Origin: Podarcis vaucheri
Taxonomy: Eukaryota
NCBI GenBank assembly: GCA_965113315.1
Contig: OZ220379.1
Reading direction: 5' to 3' (one strand)
DNA length: 64,000 bases
Position numbers and translations under genes: made by a program. Below the pieces are notes generated by a model. The model saw only the letters and a program-made list of their open reading frames with translations. It did no database searches and was not told where the DNA came from. Positions 33,830-48,800 of the stretch are shown one piece after another; within the stretch, counting starts at the first letter, position 1, and every line of letters begins with the position of its first letter.

Positions 33830-36800
33830 CTGCAAGCACAGACAGGAAAGTTGATAACAGCTGAGTAGATTCAAGGGACAGATGTGATTACGGGACCCCA
33901 AAGCAACTTCGTTCTTCCTACACTTCAGTCTTTGGTACAGCTTAACAAATTGAAGCAGTTCCATCTGTGAATGCTAACGAAGGGCAAGTACATTCCCAAG
34001 ACCAGAGGCGGAGTGGTACTATACCAGGCAGCACAGCAGCTGGGGAACCAGGTGGCCTGTCTTTTACCAGCAATCTCCATAAAGAATCCAGGTTCATATA
34101 TGGAGACACACAACCAGGGATGAGCAAAATCTCATGGGAAGCTTTACGGAATTTTTTTATTTCCCTTAAGCCATGAAAAGCAATCTCATAATATAATATG
34201 GATGCAGCTGAGAGGGCAATATTCAGATCCGCCAGGCTGATTAGGTGAAAAGCATTTCAACGCAACGTATTTCCAAGTCCCACTGGGACAATTTGCAAGC
34301 ATGCTCCGACACGTCCCCTGTGTGACAAATTCAGCCAAGTTAGTTAGGTTGCCTTTACTGGATCTGAACAAAGCTACAAATTGGTATATGAATCAGACCA
34401 GTGCAATTCTGAGTTTTTTGCTTCTTATGGTACCTTCTGTGGCGATCAAAGCTGTGGGGCACTAGTAACCATCCAATGAGTTCTGTTTGCACAGAAACAA
34501 ACCTGGGCAGAATATAATTGTGTCCGATTAGGTACCGTTCGGGGGGGAAAGTAACTCGCCCCCTGGAAAAGGCATCTGATTACCTTGAAAAGCTCCCAGA
34601 GTCCTTGGGAGTCCCTCCCCCTTTCTTGAAGACAAACTAATGAAGGATGAACCTCCCCATCGATGACAGAGGCAGGAAACAGATTGACAGAAGCACAAAG
34701 CTAGCCAGTGAGCAGAGATGACTGAGCGCAAAAAAATAAAAAAAAGCTGCAGTAACACAGAGAGATGGATGGGGCTGGGGGGAAAGGGCATTGTGGGAAA
34801 CAAGAATCTTGGGGAATTTGCCAAGAAACTTGCAGACCCTGCTAGATGCAGCGGAGGTGTGTTTGTGATGGGGGCACAGAGCAGTTGTCTTGGGAAAGAA
34901 GTTCAGATTGGTGTGAGGGGTTTGGGAAGAGAAGACACAGGAGCCGCCTGTGTGTCTGGGGAGAGCCACAAAGTCAGCCTCCTGTTTTCCCATCAGGGAA
35001 TGTGGAGGGTTACCAAGAGAGCCCTCTTCCTTTCCATCACCTTTTGCCCACATGCCCTTGTCCCCTTACCCTAGGGCACCGAGGCTCCCTAGGGTGTGGA
35101 TTACCTGAGAATTACCCAGCATGCACTGAGACACCCCTCCAGCGATGACATCACACACAGCACAAAATGGAGGCCTGTGGAACAAGGAAGTGGCAGTTTC
35201 TTTAGCATTCTTCCCTTTACCCCCCCCCCCTGCTTTCCAGTATACGAAGAACCCATGAAATCACCTCCCTGCCTCCTTAATCTCATGGGGAAAAGAAAAG
35301 TAGAAGAACATACTGGACTGTAACGATGAGCATCCACTTTGCTGCCTTTCCCCTTCTCCATGGAGCCTGCAGCGCTGCTTGGAGGGAGCAGCTGAGTTAC
35401 TGAAAGGAATTAAGCATTTTATTTAGAAAGGTTAAATCAAGCTATTTCTGGTGCACCAGACCCATCTTTTTTCTTACTCAGGCTCCTGCAAACTATATAC
35501 AGGATGCTACAGTACTGCTAATTTACTTGGGACATCAGCCATTTTCCGATACCTGTCCCTGGTAAATTGTTGCCCCTGTTTTACCATTGTAGAGATATTC
35601 AGTAGACACTGTTCTACATTTTCAGCCCTCCTAGCCTTAGAACATAAATTTCAAGCATAATATCCAACCTATTATCCACTGCTTTTGTTTAGAATTGTTT
35701 TACTTGTTTTTATAATTGCCTAAACCATTATACCTGTTTTCCTGGTTTTTCATGGCATGATTATAATGTAACCCACCCTGAAAAATGTTCAGGGGAAAAG
35801 AATGTGCCTTTATGAGTCCTGATCCAAATTGGGGTCTCCCCATGCTGCTTTAAAAAAATGAATAAACCACCAAACAACACTTAAATATGTTCAAATGTGG
35901 TAGCACGTTTTAAAGGTATCATCATCAGCCCTTAAGTGGTTTCGAAATGGAGAACATGTCCATTAATGGTTCTTGGTCACGAGGGCTAAATGAAACTTCC
36001 AGATGCAAAGCCATTGTATCCCTAAACACCAGTTGTTGGAGAACACCAGTAGGAGAGGCATATTGCCTTCAAACTGCCAGAAGCATGTGGCTGGTCCCTG
36101 TAAGAAAGGAATGTACCACATTGGGTCATTGGTCGATGCTGCATTTTATTCATGCCTTTAGCCAGACCCCACCTCTCTAGGATGTGTCAGGAGGTAGTAG
36201 AATCAAGAGAAAGCAAAGAGGATGTATTTGATTTGCTTTAGCATATTGTAAAGAAACCAGGTAGTTCTTCAGCAGCTGAAAGTGTGATACTGCTTTCCAG
36301 CTGCAAGGAAAGACAGCCGTCATTCTCAAATGATTCCTGCTTCTTGGTCAGAACTGGGTTTTTTTTTCAAAAGGATAGTGAATCTTTGGTTCACTTGGAA
36401 AATTGTAGCCACGTCCTTCTCATGCAAATAGGCACAGGAGTCCTTCTTGTGCTATCATCCTTCCTCCATGAGGGACATCAACATGGGAAAGTTCCCATCT
36501 ACTTGCTGTCAGTGCAATGTGGGATGGATTTGCAGCAGCAATGATAATGCAAAGGTGACACATTAGTTCACCCAAACAAGTCTTGTCCTAGAACCTGCAA
36601 GAACTCGTTTGGTTTTTACCTGGTGAGCTGGTACTGCTGGGTGTGCAGACACTATCGTCTAACCATGCGCTCTGAGTCAGGGACTCCTGCTTTTGGGGAC
36701 CTTCAAGGGAACACATCAACTCCTGCACAAGAGAAATGGGGAATGGGCCTTAGAGGATGCTGCAGCTGCTCAGCTGGGACAGGAGGACTACTTGAGTGGA

Positions 36801-39800
36801 AAGGGGATTTCCAAGACCCCACACTGACCGCCTCGTTCTCCTCCTCCTCCGACGTCTCATTTTCTCTTACTCCGCTGCAACAGCTGCTCACGTTCGACGA
36901 GGAACGGGACAAGGGCTGCATCACGCAATACCCTGATGTCTGACCGGAGAGCGTTCTGCTGGAGGAACACACAAGCCCCAAATCACCACTCTCATAAATC
37001 TCAAGGGCCACCAGCCCAGCATTACAGTTCATAAACCTCTGTGACAAAAGCCTCACTTTGTGAGAAGTCTTAAAAGCCTGCCCAGACTTGCTCAGGTCCT
37101 CTAGTTCATTAGAGCTCAATACACACATTTAAAAATGAAGCTTGGGCTGAGAGACAGCAGTTGGCCCAAAGTCACCCAGTGAGCCTCATAGCCAAATGGG
37201 GGTTTGAACCCTGGTTTCCAAAGTCCTAGTCCACTACTCTTATTATGCTACATTGGCTCAATCACCCTCTCTTTCCTGTTAATATAACATGGCAAGATGG
37301 AGGTCCCCCCCCCCACTTTACACAAGGCTTCCCAGCGTTCTTTTGTTCTCAACTCACTTGTTCTTCCTGTTGGGGAATTCTGGGGAGCTGGGACTGGAAG
37401 AGCCGTCCGACTTGAGGTCAAAGAAGGGCCCTGGACTCTCCAACACTTTCTGTATCCTTTCAGCAATGTCTTTGCTTTGGAGGAAAGGGAACAAAAACAT
37501 TTACAACATGGAGCCAAGTGTCCTTGCATGAAATCCAGTGGCTTCATTTCTTTAAGACTCTTAAATTCTCCTTCAGCCCATATGGGGACAGAATGAATTC
37601 CTCCAAAGGTCATGAGAATGGAAACTGACCCTTTCCCAAAAGTCTAACCAGTGACCTGCAGGGCCTCCTGCCTTTCTCTGTAGCAAACAGCACATTGAAC
37701 TACATATATATATAAACAGTACATAATTCATTCACTATTGTTTCCATTGGTTCATGGGGCTTTCCCATTCTTAGCCCAAATCTCAATTATGGTGAACAGG
37801 CCAATTTAACAGGTCAAAACTAAAATGTATTTTATATACATTTTAGACCCATGATACTGCATGATGTAGAATCTTGATTGGCAGAAACAACAGTTTTTAG
37901 GTTTAGCTCACTTAGAATTCTCTTTCCAACTGAAATGCACTCTAATCATGAAAAGAAAGATTTAAGCAGAGATAACAGGCTGTGTGTACTCAAATTTGCA
38001 AGAAAGTAGGTTGGTCCCTTCTCCTATCTACATATATAGCACAGGTTTGACTAATATGCAGGACACATCAGATTTCACTTTCAATATTTTAGCTCTGCTC
38101 ATTTTGAGGACAGGAGCTTTAAAGGCCAAAAGTCTTGGGAGAGGATGGCAGCTCCAACTGTACTTTGCAGCCTCCAGAATAAAGAATTGCCAGGTCATTC
38201 TGCATATGACTTAAGAGTAGGGTGGCTAGTTATACGCTGCAAAAAAAATGAGAACAAATCTACAGATGGTAATTCACATGTATAAGTTGCAAATTTAGAA
38301 ATAATTGCTGAAATTTAAATAGAATTGCAATACAATCTCACCATTATAGGGAAACATCAGGAGAATGTCTAGGTGCTGCTATCACTGGGCAACTTCACGG
38401 CTCCTGGTCCTCTTTTTTCTGATTCCTTATCTTTGAACCAGATTTGGACCAGACAGACAGCAAACGGAGGAGACCTTGCCTGCCCAAGACACATGGGGGC
38501 ATCTCCTGACAGCATTTGCTTCTTTTAGCTTTAATGATCCTGTCAAATTTTACTGGAGCAGCAGGATAAAGGGGGCGGCACAAAGGGGGTGGCACAGAAG
38601 GTACAGCTAAATCGGGGAGGAGGGACCCACACTTACCTGGGGAGTAAATAGCCCTAACCCACAAGTGAATGGGACTCACTTCTGAGTAGATATGGAGATT
38701 GCACTGTTAAGTAGACTTCAGTCATTGTCAGCAGCTGAATCACAAATTATGCTAATAAGTGTTTAATAAGTGGTTTCAATTGTTGCTCTAGCTTCCATGA
38801 TGGCCTAAGTGTACCACCAAGGAGGGTGAGACTTGTGGGGATGGGACTCAGCAGCAGACAATTTGTAAGGGGCAGGGCAAGGTTGGGTTCTGTCCTTCCT
38901 CCCAATCAATGGCCCTTTGGCAAAACTGAAGTTGTGGGATTTTTATTTTTTATAGAGAGAGAGAGCAATACACACATAAAATACTCTTTGTTCTGAGTGC
39001 ATGAACTGACGGTGGCTAAGGTTAAACAACTGTCACTACCTCTTCCATTGGACTTTAATGAGATTTGTACCTGAACTTCTGCCTGTACTGGAGCATGACT
39101 GTACTGGAGCATTGGTGGTTTTCACCAAATCCGATGAAACAATGAGGTAAACAAAATGGGTGCAGACAGCACTGGGAAGGATGCCTCAATAATACCACCT
39201 TCACCTCTCTTCCAAACAATCCTTTGTCTTTGATATGTGCCTATGGCTCAAGGCACGTGGTCCCTCCTCTCTGCCACTCTTCCCTTGAGTCTTATCCAGT
39301 GTCTCCATTTAGGCTTCAATTTCATCACACACACACCCATCATAATTTCGGTTCCCCACAATTCCACATCAGTTTGTGATTATTTGTTGTTGTTGAAAAA
39401 CCAGTTTGTATGTAAATGGAATTTCAATGGAATTTTATGAAAATGCACCAGAATTTTATGAAATTTTAATGGAATTATGAAAATGCACCAGAATTTCACA
39501 GCAAAATTCCCCTAATATACACATTTTTTGCAAAGCAATTTTCCCTAATATAAAGTATTTTTGCATGTTCTTTTCACTCATGCATTCATACGCACACTTT
39601 AGCCCCTCAGGCTGTGTATTTTTGTGCACACTACTTGGACTGGAGAACTTCATTGCAAAGTCCAGAGATGCGCAAATTTTAAGGGAAGCTGTGGTTTGGT
39701 CTGCCTATTGTTAAGGAAAGTGCTGATTAGGTAAGCTAGCCTATAGATGCAAACCGGATTTCTCCACCAACCCTAGCCATCCCTCTCCCTCTAGTCCTCC

Positions 39801-42800
39801 AAGTCCCTATAGCCCAGTCCGTACCTTTTCTCCTCCTGGATGTTCTCAATGCCAATTGCACTACTGCGTCGCCCATTGAAGCGGCTACCTCGGTTGCGTG
39901 ACGGGCTTCTCCCAGGTAGGGCAAAGGACTAGAGGGGAGGAAAGGACAGTAGGAAAAAAAGAGAGACAGAGGAAGAGGAGGATGCAGAAAAGGTAAGAGC
40001 TAGAGGGAAGATGGAAGATGGAAGACTGGGCTCCAGAGCCTGTCCTTGCATTGCTACCCCATGCTAACAGTTGCAGCCTGTCCAGAGAGTCACAAGGTGC
40101 CCAGGCATGATGTGGGAGCTGTCAAAGTTGGACAAACAGCCAAGAGAGAGAAAGAGCGACACACATATGAGAGAGGGAGAGGGAGGGAGAAATGGAAAGA
40201 TCGGTAGACAGAAATGCATGTATGAAAGAGCAACAGGGGGAAATAAAGACTCAGGAAAACACAAGGTAAAGCCATGTACAGCCCCAGAGGGCTAAGCTAG
40301 ACATTACAGTAAATGTGCACCTGCTACCCAAAATGGAACCCATCACATCTTCTCCCTCTGTCCCAGAAGAGTTTTCCTCCCTACATAATTAGCAGCTGAA
40401 GATCTGGAGCAGGGGCAGGGCAATGTGGGATGCAGCTTCTACCAGGGATGCCAAAGTGTGTGCCAGGGGCTGGAGCAGGGACTAAACATCTAAAGGCAGT
40501 TTCCAGCACTAGCTGTATGTTTACTCCAATATCTAGCTTAGCCCAAAAAGGAAGGGAGAAAAAGTAAAGCTGGGGGGGGGGAGTAGAGAGCGCCCCCTTT
40601 CCTTACATTTGTTTGGCATTTTTCCTACTTCCAGCAGATGGTGGGTATCACCTTTTCCCTGCAGAATTACCCAAAGGAGACAATGCCTTTCCTGGCTTCT
40701 CCGGACATGGAAGGATGGATTCACCTAAAGGAGCCTTGCACAAGGACTTCTGCTTGCGCAATGGGGCTTCCATCCCTTCCTGAATGCCCCCAAAACTGGC
40801 TTGAGGGGTTGTGAGAGCCCCCATAACAGCACATGGAAGGCTTGTGCATTCATCACAGTGTGACACTTGAGTTCCACCCAGTGCTTGGAAAACCTGCTAA
40901 ATCCCCGGCAGTGATCAGGGAAAAGAAGAAATGAAAAGCTTCATCACAAATACAGCTTTCTGAAGTGCCATATTTAGAGTGCTGTCGAATGAGCCGATTA
41001 AATCTGGGCTGGGGAGCCTGTGGCTTTCCAGATGCTCTAGTCTACAAGTCCCACCATTCCACACCATTGCACTACACTGGCTGGGATTGATGGGATCCCA
41101 CCACTGGATGAAACACTAAATTGCTTGCTCCAAACCATACAATGCACTCACATCCGACTGAGAATTTTGGAACTGTGCGGGCTTAAGATGTAAGCCACAT
41201 CTACTTAGATATCGACTTTGCCAACTTCTTCCAGTCATGCCAGAGGAACCTCAGCGCAGAAGGAATTCACTCTGTGCCATGCTTCTTATCACCAGGGGAG
41301 TTGGGCATGTATGGCTCAGGGATAGCAGAACATATGCTTTGAATGCAGAAGGTCCTAGGTTCAGTCTACAGCATCTCTGGTGGCTGTGCTGGTCTCACCT
41401 TGAGAACTCTCTCTTGAGAATGAAAATTCACATAAGCATGCTTTCCACACTATAATTGCAACTCCAGACTCTCGAAAATGGCCTTCTCATCATGTGCCTC
41501 CAGTGCCTGTGCAAAAGACTGAATGCTCACTTGGACAATCAGAAGATGTCCTGAACTAGAAAAACACCAATGCACTGGTAACATTAATGCCAAGCAAAGG
41601 AAGAGCCACTAATGCAACACTTTTAGTTCTTTCATTCCAGACACTGCTTCATCTCACCCTGCCATGCAGTCCATCACTGAACAGTCAAGTCTTGGCAGGC
41701 AAAACTAACTTGCTGCAGATTCCCACCAAGTGGTCCGTAGTCAGGAGGTGAGCATACTTGGGTAGAACAATCCTAAGTAAGGTCAGCAGTACAGTGGTGC
41801 CCCGCAAGACGAATGCCTCGCAAGACGGACAACCCGTTAGACGAAAGGGTTTTCTGTTTTTGAGCTGCTTCGCAAGACGATTTTCCCTATGGGCTTGCTT
41901 TGCAAGACGAAAACGTCTTGCAAGTGTTCCGATTTTTTTTCGCTCCCCCCCTTTTACTAAGCCGCTAATAGCCTTTTAGCCGCTAAGCCTTTAATAGCTG
42001 CTAAGCCTTTAATAGCGCTAATCCGCTAAGCGGGTTGCTTCGCAAGACGAAAAAACCGCTAGACGAAAAGACTCGCGGAATGGATTATTTTCGTCTTGCG
42101 AGGCACCACTATATGCTCTACCCAACAAACACACTGTCCTAAACCTCTCCAGCCATCAACAAGGTGGTGGGAGAGGTTCTATAAGCGGGCTCTTATGGAA
42201 TCTTTTTTAGTTCCCTCAAAATTAAAATTCAGTCTAGTTTCAGGCCTGTTTTTGGCACATAAACCACCCTTGTCACTCCAAAGGATAACCAGTGCCGAGA
42301 GAGGAATGCCAGGAACGCAACTTCACTAATTCTCCTGGGTCTCTCAGTAGCTTTTGGAATCACTGAACATTGTACCCCTTATGGATAACCTGTTCTGTGT
42401 TAGGAATCTGTGGCATAGGGTTTTGGGGGTCCCATTCCTGCCTTGGGGACTGATGCCACAACTGCTGCGGGAGAACTACTGCTCAGCATCGATGCTAAAG
42501 GGTCCCAAAGGGATTCATCTTGTCCCCAAGACCAAACGTGAAATGTCTACGTGAAATTTCTGAGGGTATCATCAGCATCTTTTATTCCTCTGTAAAAGTT
42601 TTTATATTCCGCCCACTCACATAAAACATCAAGGCAGTGCTCAGCAATTAAAAAAACCAATAGCACAATTTATTCAGATTCTCCCTAAATGCTTTCCCTG
42701 TTCCTCAAATTGTTTTCAGAGTCAGAATCGGCAAATGAATAGAATCGGGTCTCAGAGGAACAGGATAGGGAAATGAACATAGAGAGATGGGGTGGCGGGA

Positions 42801-45800
42801 AGCCCAACAGAAAATAGCCACAAAACACGACCAAGACAAGGAGACATTAATAGCTGGAGACAGATAATGTTGAAGAGCAGCGGGTTGACAGTAGTAGGGG
42901 ATAGTGGCAAACGACTGAGTACATGCTGGTCTCCACTCCATGACGCCACCTCCCCAATACCTTACCGCAGCAATAGCCTTGGTGCCTTCGGCGACACTCT
43001 GGTTGAGGGCAAGGCCAGCAGTAGCTGGGCGATTGGGTGGAGTTGATGGCTGCTGCTGCTGCTGTTGGTGCTGCTTCTTCATGGCTATGCCCATGGTATC
43101 CAGGCTCTGGCTACGGCCCCGGATCACCCGCTGGAGAGAAGGGCAACAGGGAGACAGACACGTTCACAGACACACAAAAGGACATCATGAAGAGCACTAT
43201 AGGATGCTGGTGGGCTGGGTGGAAGGAAGTGGAAGGAACAGGCATGAGCTCAGAAACGCCCGGCTTCCTACAGGACTCGGGCAAACAAGGTATTGTTTCC
43301 AAGTGGACAGAACTTGCTTCTGCTAACCTAACCCATAACCTCCTGAAGAGCTCTCTCATAAAAACCACACACACGTTGTCCCTAGCCTATGGCACCCCAA
43401 AGCACAACCACCAGGGGGCAGACATTTAATCCTCCAACACAGGCATAGGCAAACTCGGCCCTCCAGATGTTTTTGGGACTACAACTCCCATCATCCCTGA
43501 CCACTGGTGCTGTTAGCTAGGGATGATGGGAGTTGTAGTCCCAAAACATCTGGAGGGCCAAGTTTGCTTATGCCTGCTCCAACACTATTCTTTGGACCTG
43601 GCACTGTAGATATGAGCAGAACCACCAACTCGCAGAAAAGGTACAAGAGGATACTGTGGTCAATGGCATCAAAAGCTGCTGAGAGATCAAGCAAAAGCGG
43701 CAAAGTTGCACTCTCCCTGTCCCTCTCCTGAAGAAGCGCATCCATCAGGATGCTTAAGGCCATTCTGTCCTCAAACTGGACCTAAACCCAGACTGAAATG
43801 GGTCAAGATAACCAGTTCCTTCCAATGGTGTCTGCAGCTGGATGACCCTCTCAAGCACCTTATCCCAAAAAGTGATCGGGTGGTAGTCCAATATTAGTGA
43901 CTGGTCCATCGTCCTCAAAGTTCCTCGGGGTTCAAGCAGGGCTTCTTCAGGAGTTGCTGCATCACCGCCTCCTCCAGGAGCTCAGGTACTTCAGATGAGT
44001 CATGATGGCCAGATGTTGAGCACACATGTGGGACAAACCACTGCAAACACCTTGCCCACGTCCTCAAACCTCAACCACAAGATTGGGCAAGATGTTGTGT
44101 TGGACACCTCACCCAGCTCTGTAACAATGGTAGCATTCAGCTCAACAGCTGGTGATTTTATTCTCAAAGCCGCTGGCAAATATGTCACAGCTGGAACTCT
44201 ATTCCCAGTGACAGGGGTTGGCAGCCCCCTTAGCACATCTCTGCTGGCTAGCTACTCAAAGGTGTGATGGGGTAAGCAAATTAAGTCTTCTTTGCAGTAG
44301 GCACAACTATGTGCTCTAGCCCACCTCTGACCGACTTTGCATTGGATTGTATGCCATTGTACTCTAGACTTCATTTATCCTGTTTCATGGCTTGGAGAGC
44401 CATAGACACCCAGTGAGCTCTCCAGGCTCCACAATTTTGGAAAATGAACTCAGGAGTAATTGCGTCACCTGCTCAATGCACCTCACTATTCCATAGCAAC
44501 ACTGAAGCTCAACAGGACCGCCAACCTTGGCTTCTGAAAAAACCCCCCAAGCATTCCAGAACCCCTTGGATTCCATATGTCTCTGGGGGTAGACCATCCT
44601 AATGGCAGAGAGGGAATGACACTACAAGACCCAACTTTGCCAGATAATGGTCTGGCCGACTCTGGGGTTGCGGCGCTCATCTCGCTTTATTGGCCGAGGG
44701 AGCCGGTGTACAGCTTCCGGGTCATGTGGCCAGCATGATTAAGCCACTTCTGGCGAACCAGAGCAGCGCACAGAAACGCCGTTTACCTTCCCGCCGGAGT
44801 GGACCTATTTATCTACTTGCACTTTGACGTGCTTTTGAACTGCTAGGTTGGCAGGAGCTGGGACTGTGAAACAGGAGCTCACCCCGTCACGGGGATTCGA
44901 ACCGCCGACCTTCTGATCGGCAAGTCCTAGGCTCTGTGGTTTAACCCACAGCGCCACCTGCATCCCTTGGTCTGACCATTACAATGGGGTTAATTCAACC
45001 CTGCCCCCACAACATCTAGAGTACCACCACCCATCATACCGTGAGGTAAAGCCTAAATCAAGGCCTTGTCCTTAGTATGGACACCGAATTATCCCAGAAG
45101 CAATGTACTGAGGTTACCCAACACCACATTACAGACCACCTCAGCCAGCTTAGTGAGGTATACTGTTGAGCAGCAAGGTGGCCAGTTTACAAGGCACCAA
45201 CTGCAGTCCCAATCTGCCCTGCCCCAAACCTGTGGCTGATTTCCCCTCCTCTGCAGGTAGCCTGCTGGCATCTGTTCTCTGAAAAGCAAATATTGACAGC
45301 TGCGTAGGATGGTGGCTAAGAGACTAATCTAAGAGCTAGGAAATTCCTTCTTTTGGTAAGCTACCATCTCTAAGCCACCTGCACCCCGCTGGCAAGATCT
45401 AAAATACAGAGATAATGCAAAAAACCTACCTCTCAGAGCAGTTGTAGGGATGACTAAGATAATGTATGTGAAATGCCTCCAATGGACAAAATGCAAAGTA
45501 TTATTACAATATTCACCAGAGCAGCATGAAATGGGAAAATGCAAAATTACACCGGAAGAGAGATACTAAGCATCACCTATCCCCTCTCTCACCTTGAAAT
45601 TCTCAAAGAAGCCACCACCCCCATTCTCCATTTTGTCGTCGTCGCCAGAGGCCAAGCCCATCATACTGCGGCTACGAATCTGCAACTCCTCATAAAGGCT
45701 CTCCAGGAGGGCACTGCGGGTACGATCCTGCTCCAGAAGCAGAGAAAGAGAACACGTTTCAAAAAACAAATAGGATAGAAACAGGGAAGGGTGCGCGCTT

Positions 45801-48800
45801 AATCAGAAAGGAAGAAAGATCAGGCTGAGTGACAGAAAATAAAGCAGCTCTGTATGTGGGTAAGTTACATAATCAGCTGGATCATAGAGCTTCAGTAGCT
45901 CTATGGACTCACATTAAAGCATGAGACTCAATCTCAGGGCTGTGGGTTCAAGGCCCATGTTGCGCAAAAAGAGATTCCTGCATTGCAAGTCGTTGGACTA
46001 GATGACCCTCAGGGTCGCTTCCAGCTCTAAAATTCTATGATTCTAAGTGGATGTGATTAACCAATTTTAATTTGATTTTGCTCCTAAGGGAATATTTAAC
46101 ATCAGCTACCTAAGGGGGGTTCAGAGACCCCAGGGAACTTTTGGAGGCTGTTTGATAAGGGCAGCCTGGTAAATAGTTAATCTCTTATCTGGTGGCACTG
46201 AGTACCTTAAATAGGGAATGGGAGGGTACAAGAGAGGAGTACACTCTGTTGTGGCCAGGTCTCCCCCAAGGTGACCCAGGGTGGCTAGAATGTGATTGTC
46301 ACACTTACATAGTGTGCTTTTCATTCTATTGTAGGAGTTTCAGTTCCTATTAAAAGTGTAATTTTGAGTTTAAAGTCACCAGGAGGAATTACCCTTCCCC
46401 TCCCCATGCAACAGCTGCAGTGTAGAAAGTCCTAGGTTGGATTTAGACATCACCTTGCCAAAAAAGGTCCGTATAGTTAAAGGTGTGGTTTTCCCAGTAG
46501 TGATGTATGGAAGTGAGAGCTGGACCATAAAGAAGGCTGATTGCCAAAGAATTGATGCTTTTGAATTATGGTGCTGGAGGAGACTCTTGAGAGTCCCATG
46601 GACTGCAAGAAGATCAAACCTATCCATTCTTAAGGAAATCAGCTCTGAGTGCTCACTGGAAGGACAGATCTTGAAGCTGAGGCTCCAATACTTTGGCCAC
46701 CTCATGAGAAGAGAAGACTCCCTGGAAAAGACCCTGATGTTGGGAAAGATGGAGGGCACAAGGAGAAGGGGACGACAGAGGATGAGATGGTTGGACAGTG
46801 TTGTCGAAGCTACCAGCTGAGTTTGACCAAACTGCGGGAGGCAGTGGAAGACAGGAGTGCCTGGTGTGCTCTGGTCCATGGGGTCATGAAGAGTCGGACA
46901 CGACTAAACGACTAATCAACAACAATTGATTGTTGAACCTGCACTTCATTTCACATCCTGTCATTGATCACCAATATGTTACTTCCTGGTATTCATATTA
47001 ATCTTTGCTCTTTAAGATACATGAATGCAAATAAAAGTAAACCGACTCACCTCTAGCTTAGCAAATTTCTCAGCATGGTAGCAGCTGTGCTCTGCATTTA
47101 TAAGCTTTGCCAGAAGAAATTCACGGAACTCTGTGCCCTGTCAGAAGGAGGAGAATGCTCACTCACAGTATTTAAGTCTTACAAGACCCTTCCTTATAGA
47201 TATATCCAGAACTGTTTTGGTGCCACAAAGGACAGTGATGAAGGTTCTAGGATACTTCTTTGCAAGATAATACTTAGATTGCATGTTGATACCAAAGCAC
47301 AGGAACAAACACAGATACAAGAATATTCCTCTATTCACCTCAATAGAGGCACTGTAGAGATGAAGAATACATTCAAATTAACCACGTGGGACATGTGGGA
47401 CTAAAAACTCATGATTTCCTAAATGCCCTCCCAGTCCCCAAGGAAAAGAAAATCCTTTACAGTATGTAGACATATAGGAAATGAAGGCTATCTTTCCTTA
47501 TGGCGCTTTAGCTTTTGACAGGCAGGGAAATCTATTACATATGGATTCATTTAAAGAGGCAACGCCTCATTTCCTATTTATAAAGACAAAGTAGACGATG
47601 CTGTACTACAATTTTTCTGAAAATGCATATTAATCCTCTTAGCTGATGTATACTGATACTAGAAGGTGCTTACATTGAAACTGGCAGCATCTATTTTAGG
47701 TGCTTCTGAACATATTAAATGATAACAGTGGCAATATTGGGAATGCTAGAGCCACATCTAAGAACACAAGTTGAGCTGGAAAAATGGCTCCCAGGTTCAT
47801 AGGTGCTACAATATTTTAGAGCCCAGGCTGTCACAGGTTTGGGGCTTTTCCAGCCCTAGGTAGTTGCACAGAAAATGGTTCATATAAATAGATCGTAATG
47901 TAGGAAACTTTACCAGAATTCCACTGCCCTGTAAGCCTTTATTTGTTTTTCTGGCTGCACACAAACCTTTTTGAATATTGCTGGATTTGGCAGAGAAGGC
48001 CCAAAGAAAGGGACGTCATCACGGGCTGTAACAGAAACCTGCAACCATCAGAAGGGACAGAGTGGTTTTAGAGTACAGACAGAATGACCACTGCGCAGGG
48101 TCTGTGCTCGTCTACAGCCTTAGGATAATATTAAAACATTGTTAGTTTTAAACTGCTGTCTGATGAAACTGCTAATCAGCGGAGAGCACAAAAGATATGG
48201 GATGTTAGAAACATCTCATATACAGCCACACACACACACACACACTCTTTTATAACATTGCAAAAATGCAAATAAATGCACATTTGTACATTATACTCCA
48301 GGTGCATATAATCATTGCATTCATAGTATTCTTCCTTTTTTCGACTATCAAAATACATAAAAGCTATTTCCATTACCAACAGCCTGTTATACTTACTACC
48401 TTTCCTATATTTCCAATACATTAAACACTTGCATTATTTTACAAATAAATATCACATAAAAACTAATTGCTATATTTTCCTGCTGTGTTCTTATTTGTTT
48501 AATTTCCCCTCAACAATAGATACGGATTGGCTGCCTCCTGCACCTTCTTTATCATAATATTGGATAAATAAACTCAATTTATTTACAAACATATTTTCAT
48601 GGTGTCTTCCTTCTCTAACAAATCAGATTTGTTAGCTTAACCATTCATGCCATGTCCTGGATTTTAGTTAGCCAGTGATCTATAGAGGGACAGCAAGCAC
48701 TTTTCTAGTTTGGGCATAGTATCATTCTTGCTGCAATTAGCAAAAAAACAAAGAACAAACCCCAACCATTTCCAAATCTGTTTCTTCAACTCTATCCTTA

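Noticed and set aside
40671-40724. Possible 54-nt in-frame cassette exon in the Rap1GAP-like gene
   Set aside because: AG/GT are present but the peptide has no resemblance to the known RAP1GAP alternative exon, and there is no other support
41792-42111. Repeated GCAAGACGAA units that look like a CRISPR or iteron array
   Set aside because: Irregular spacing, bounded by TIRs and TA, three copies in a vertebrate intron: these are MITE subterminal repeats
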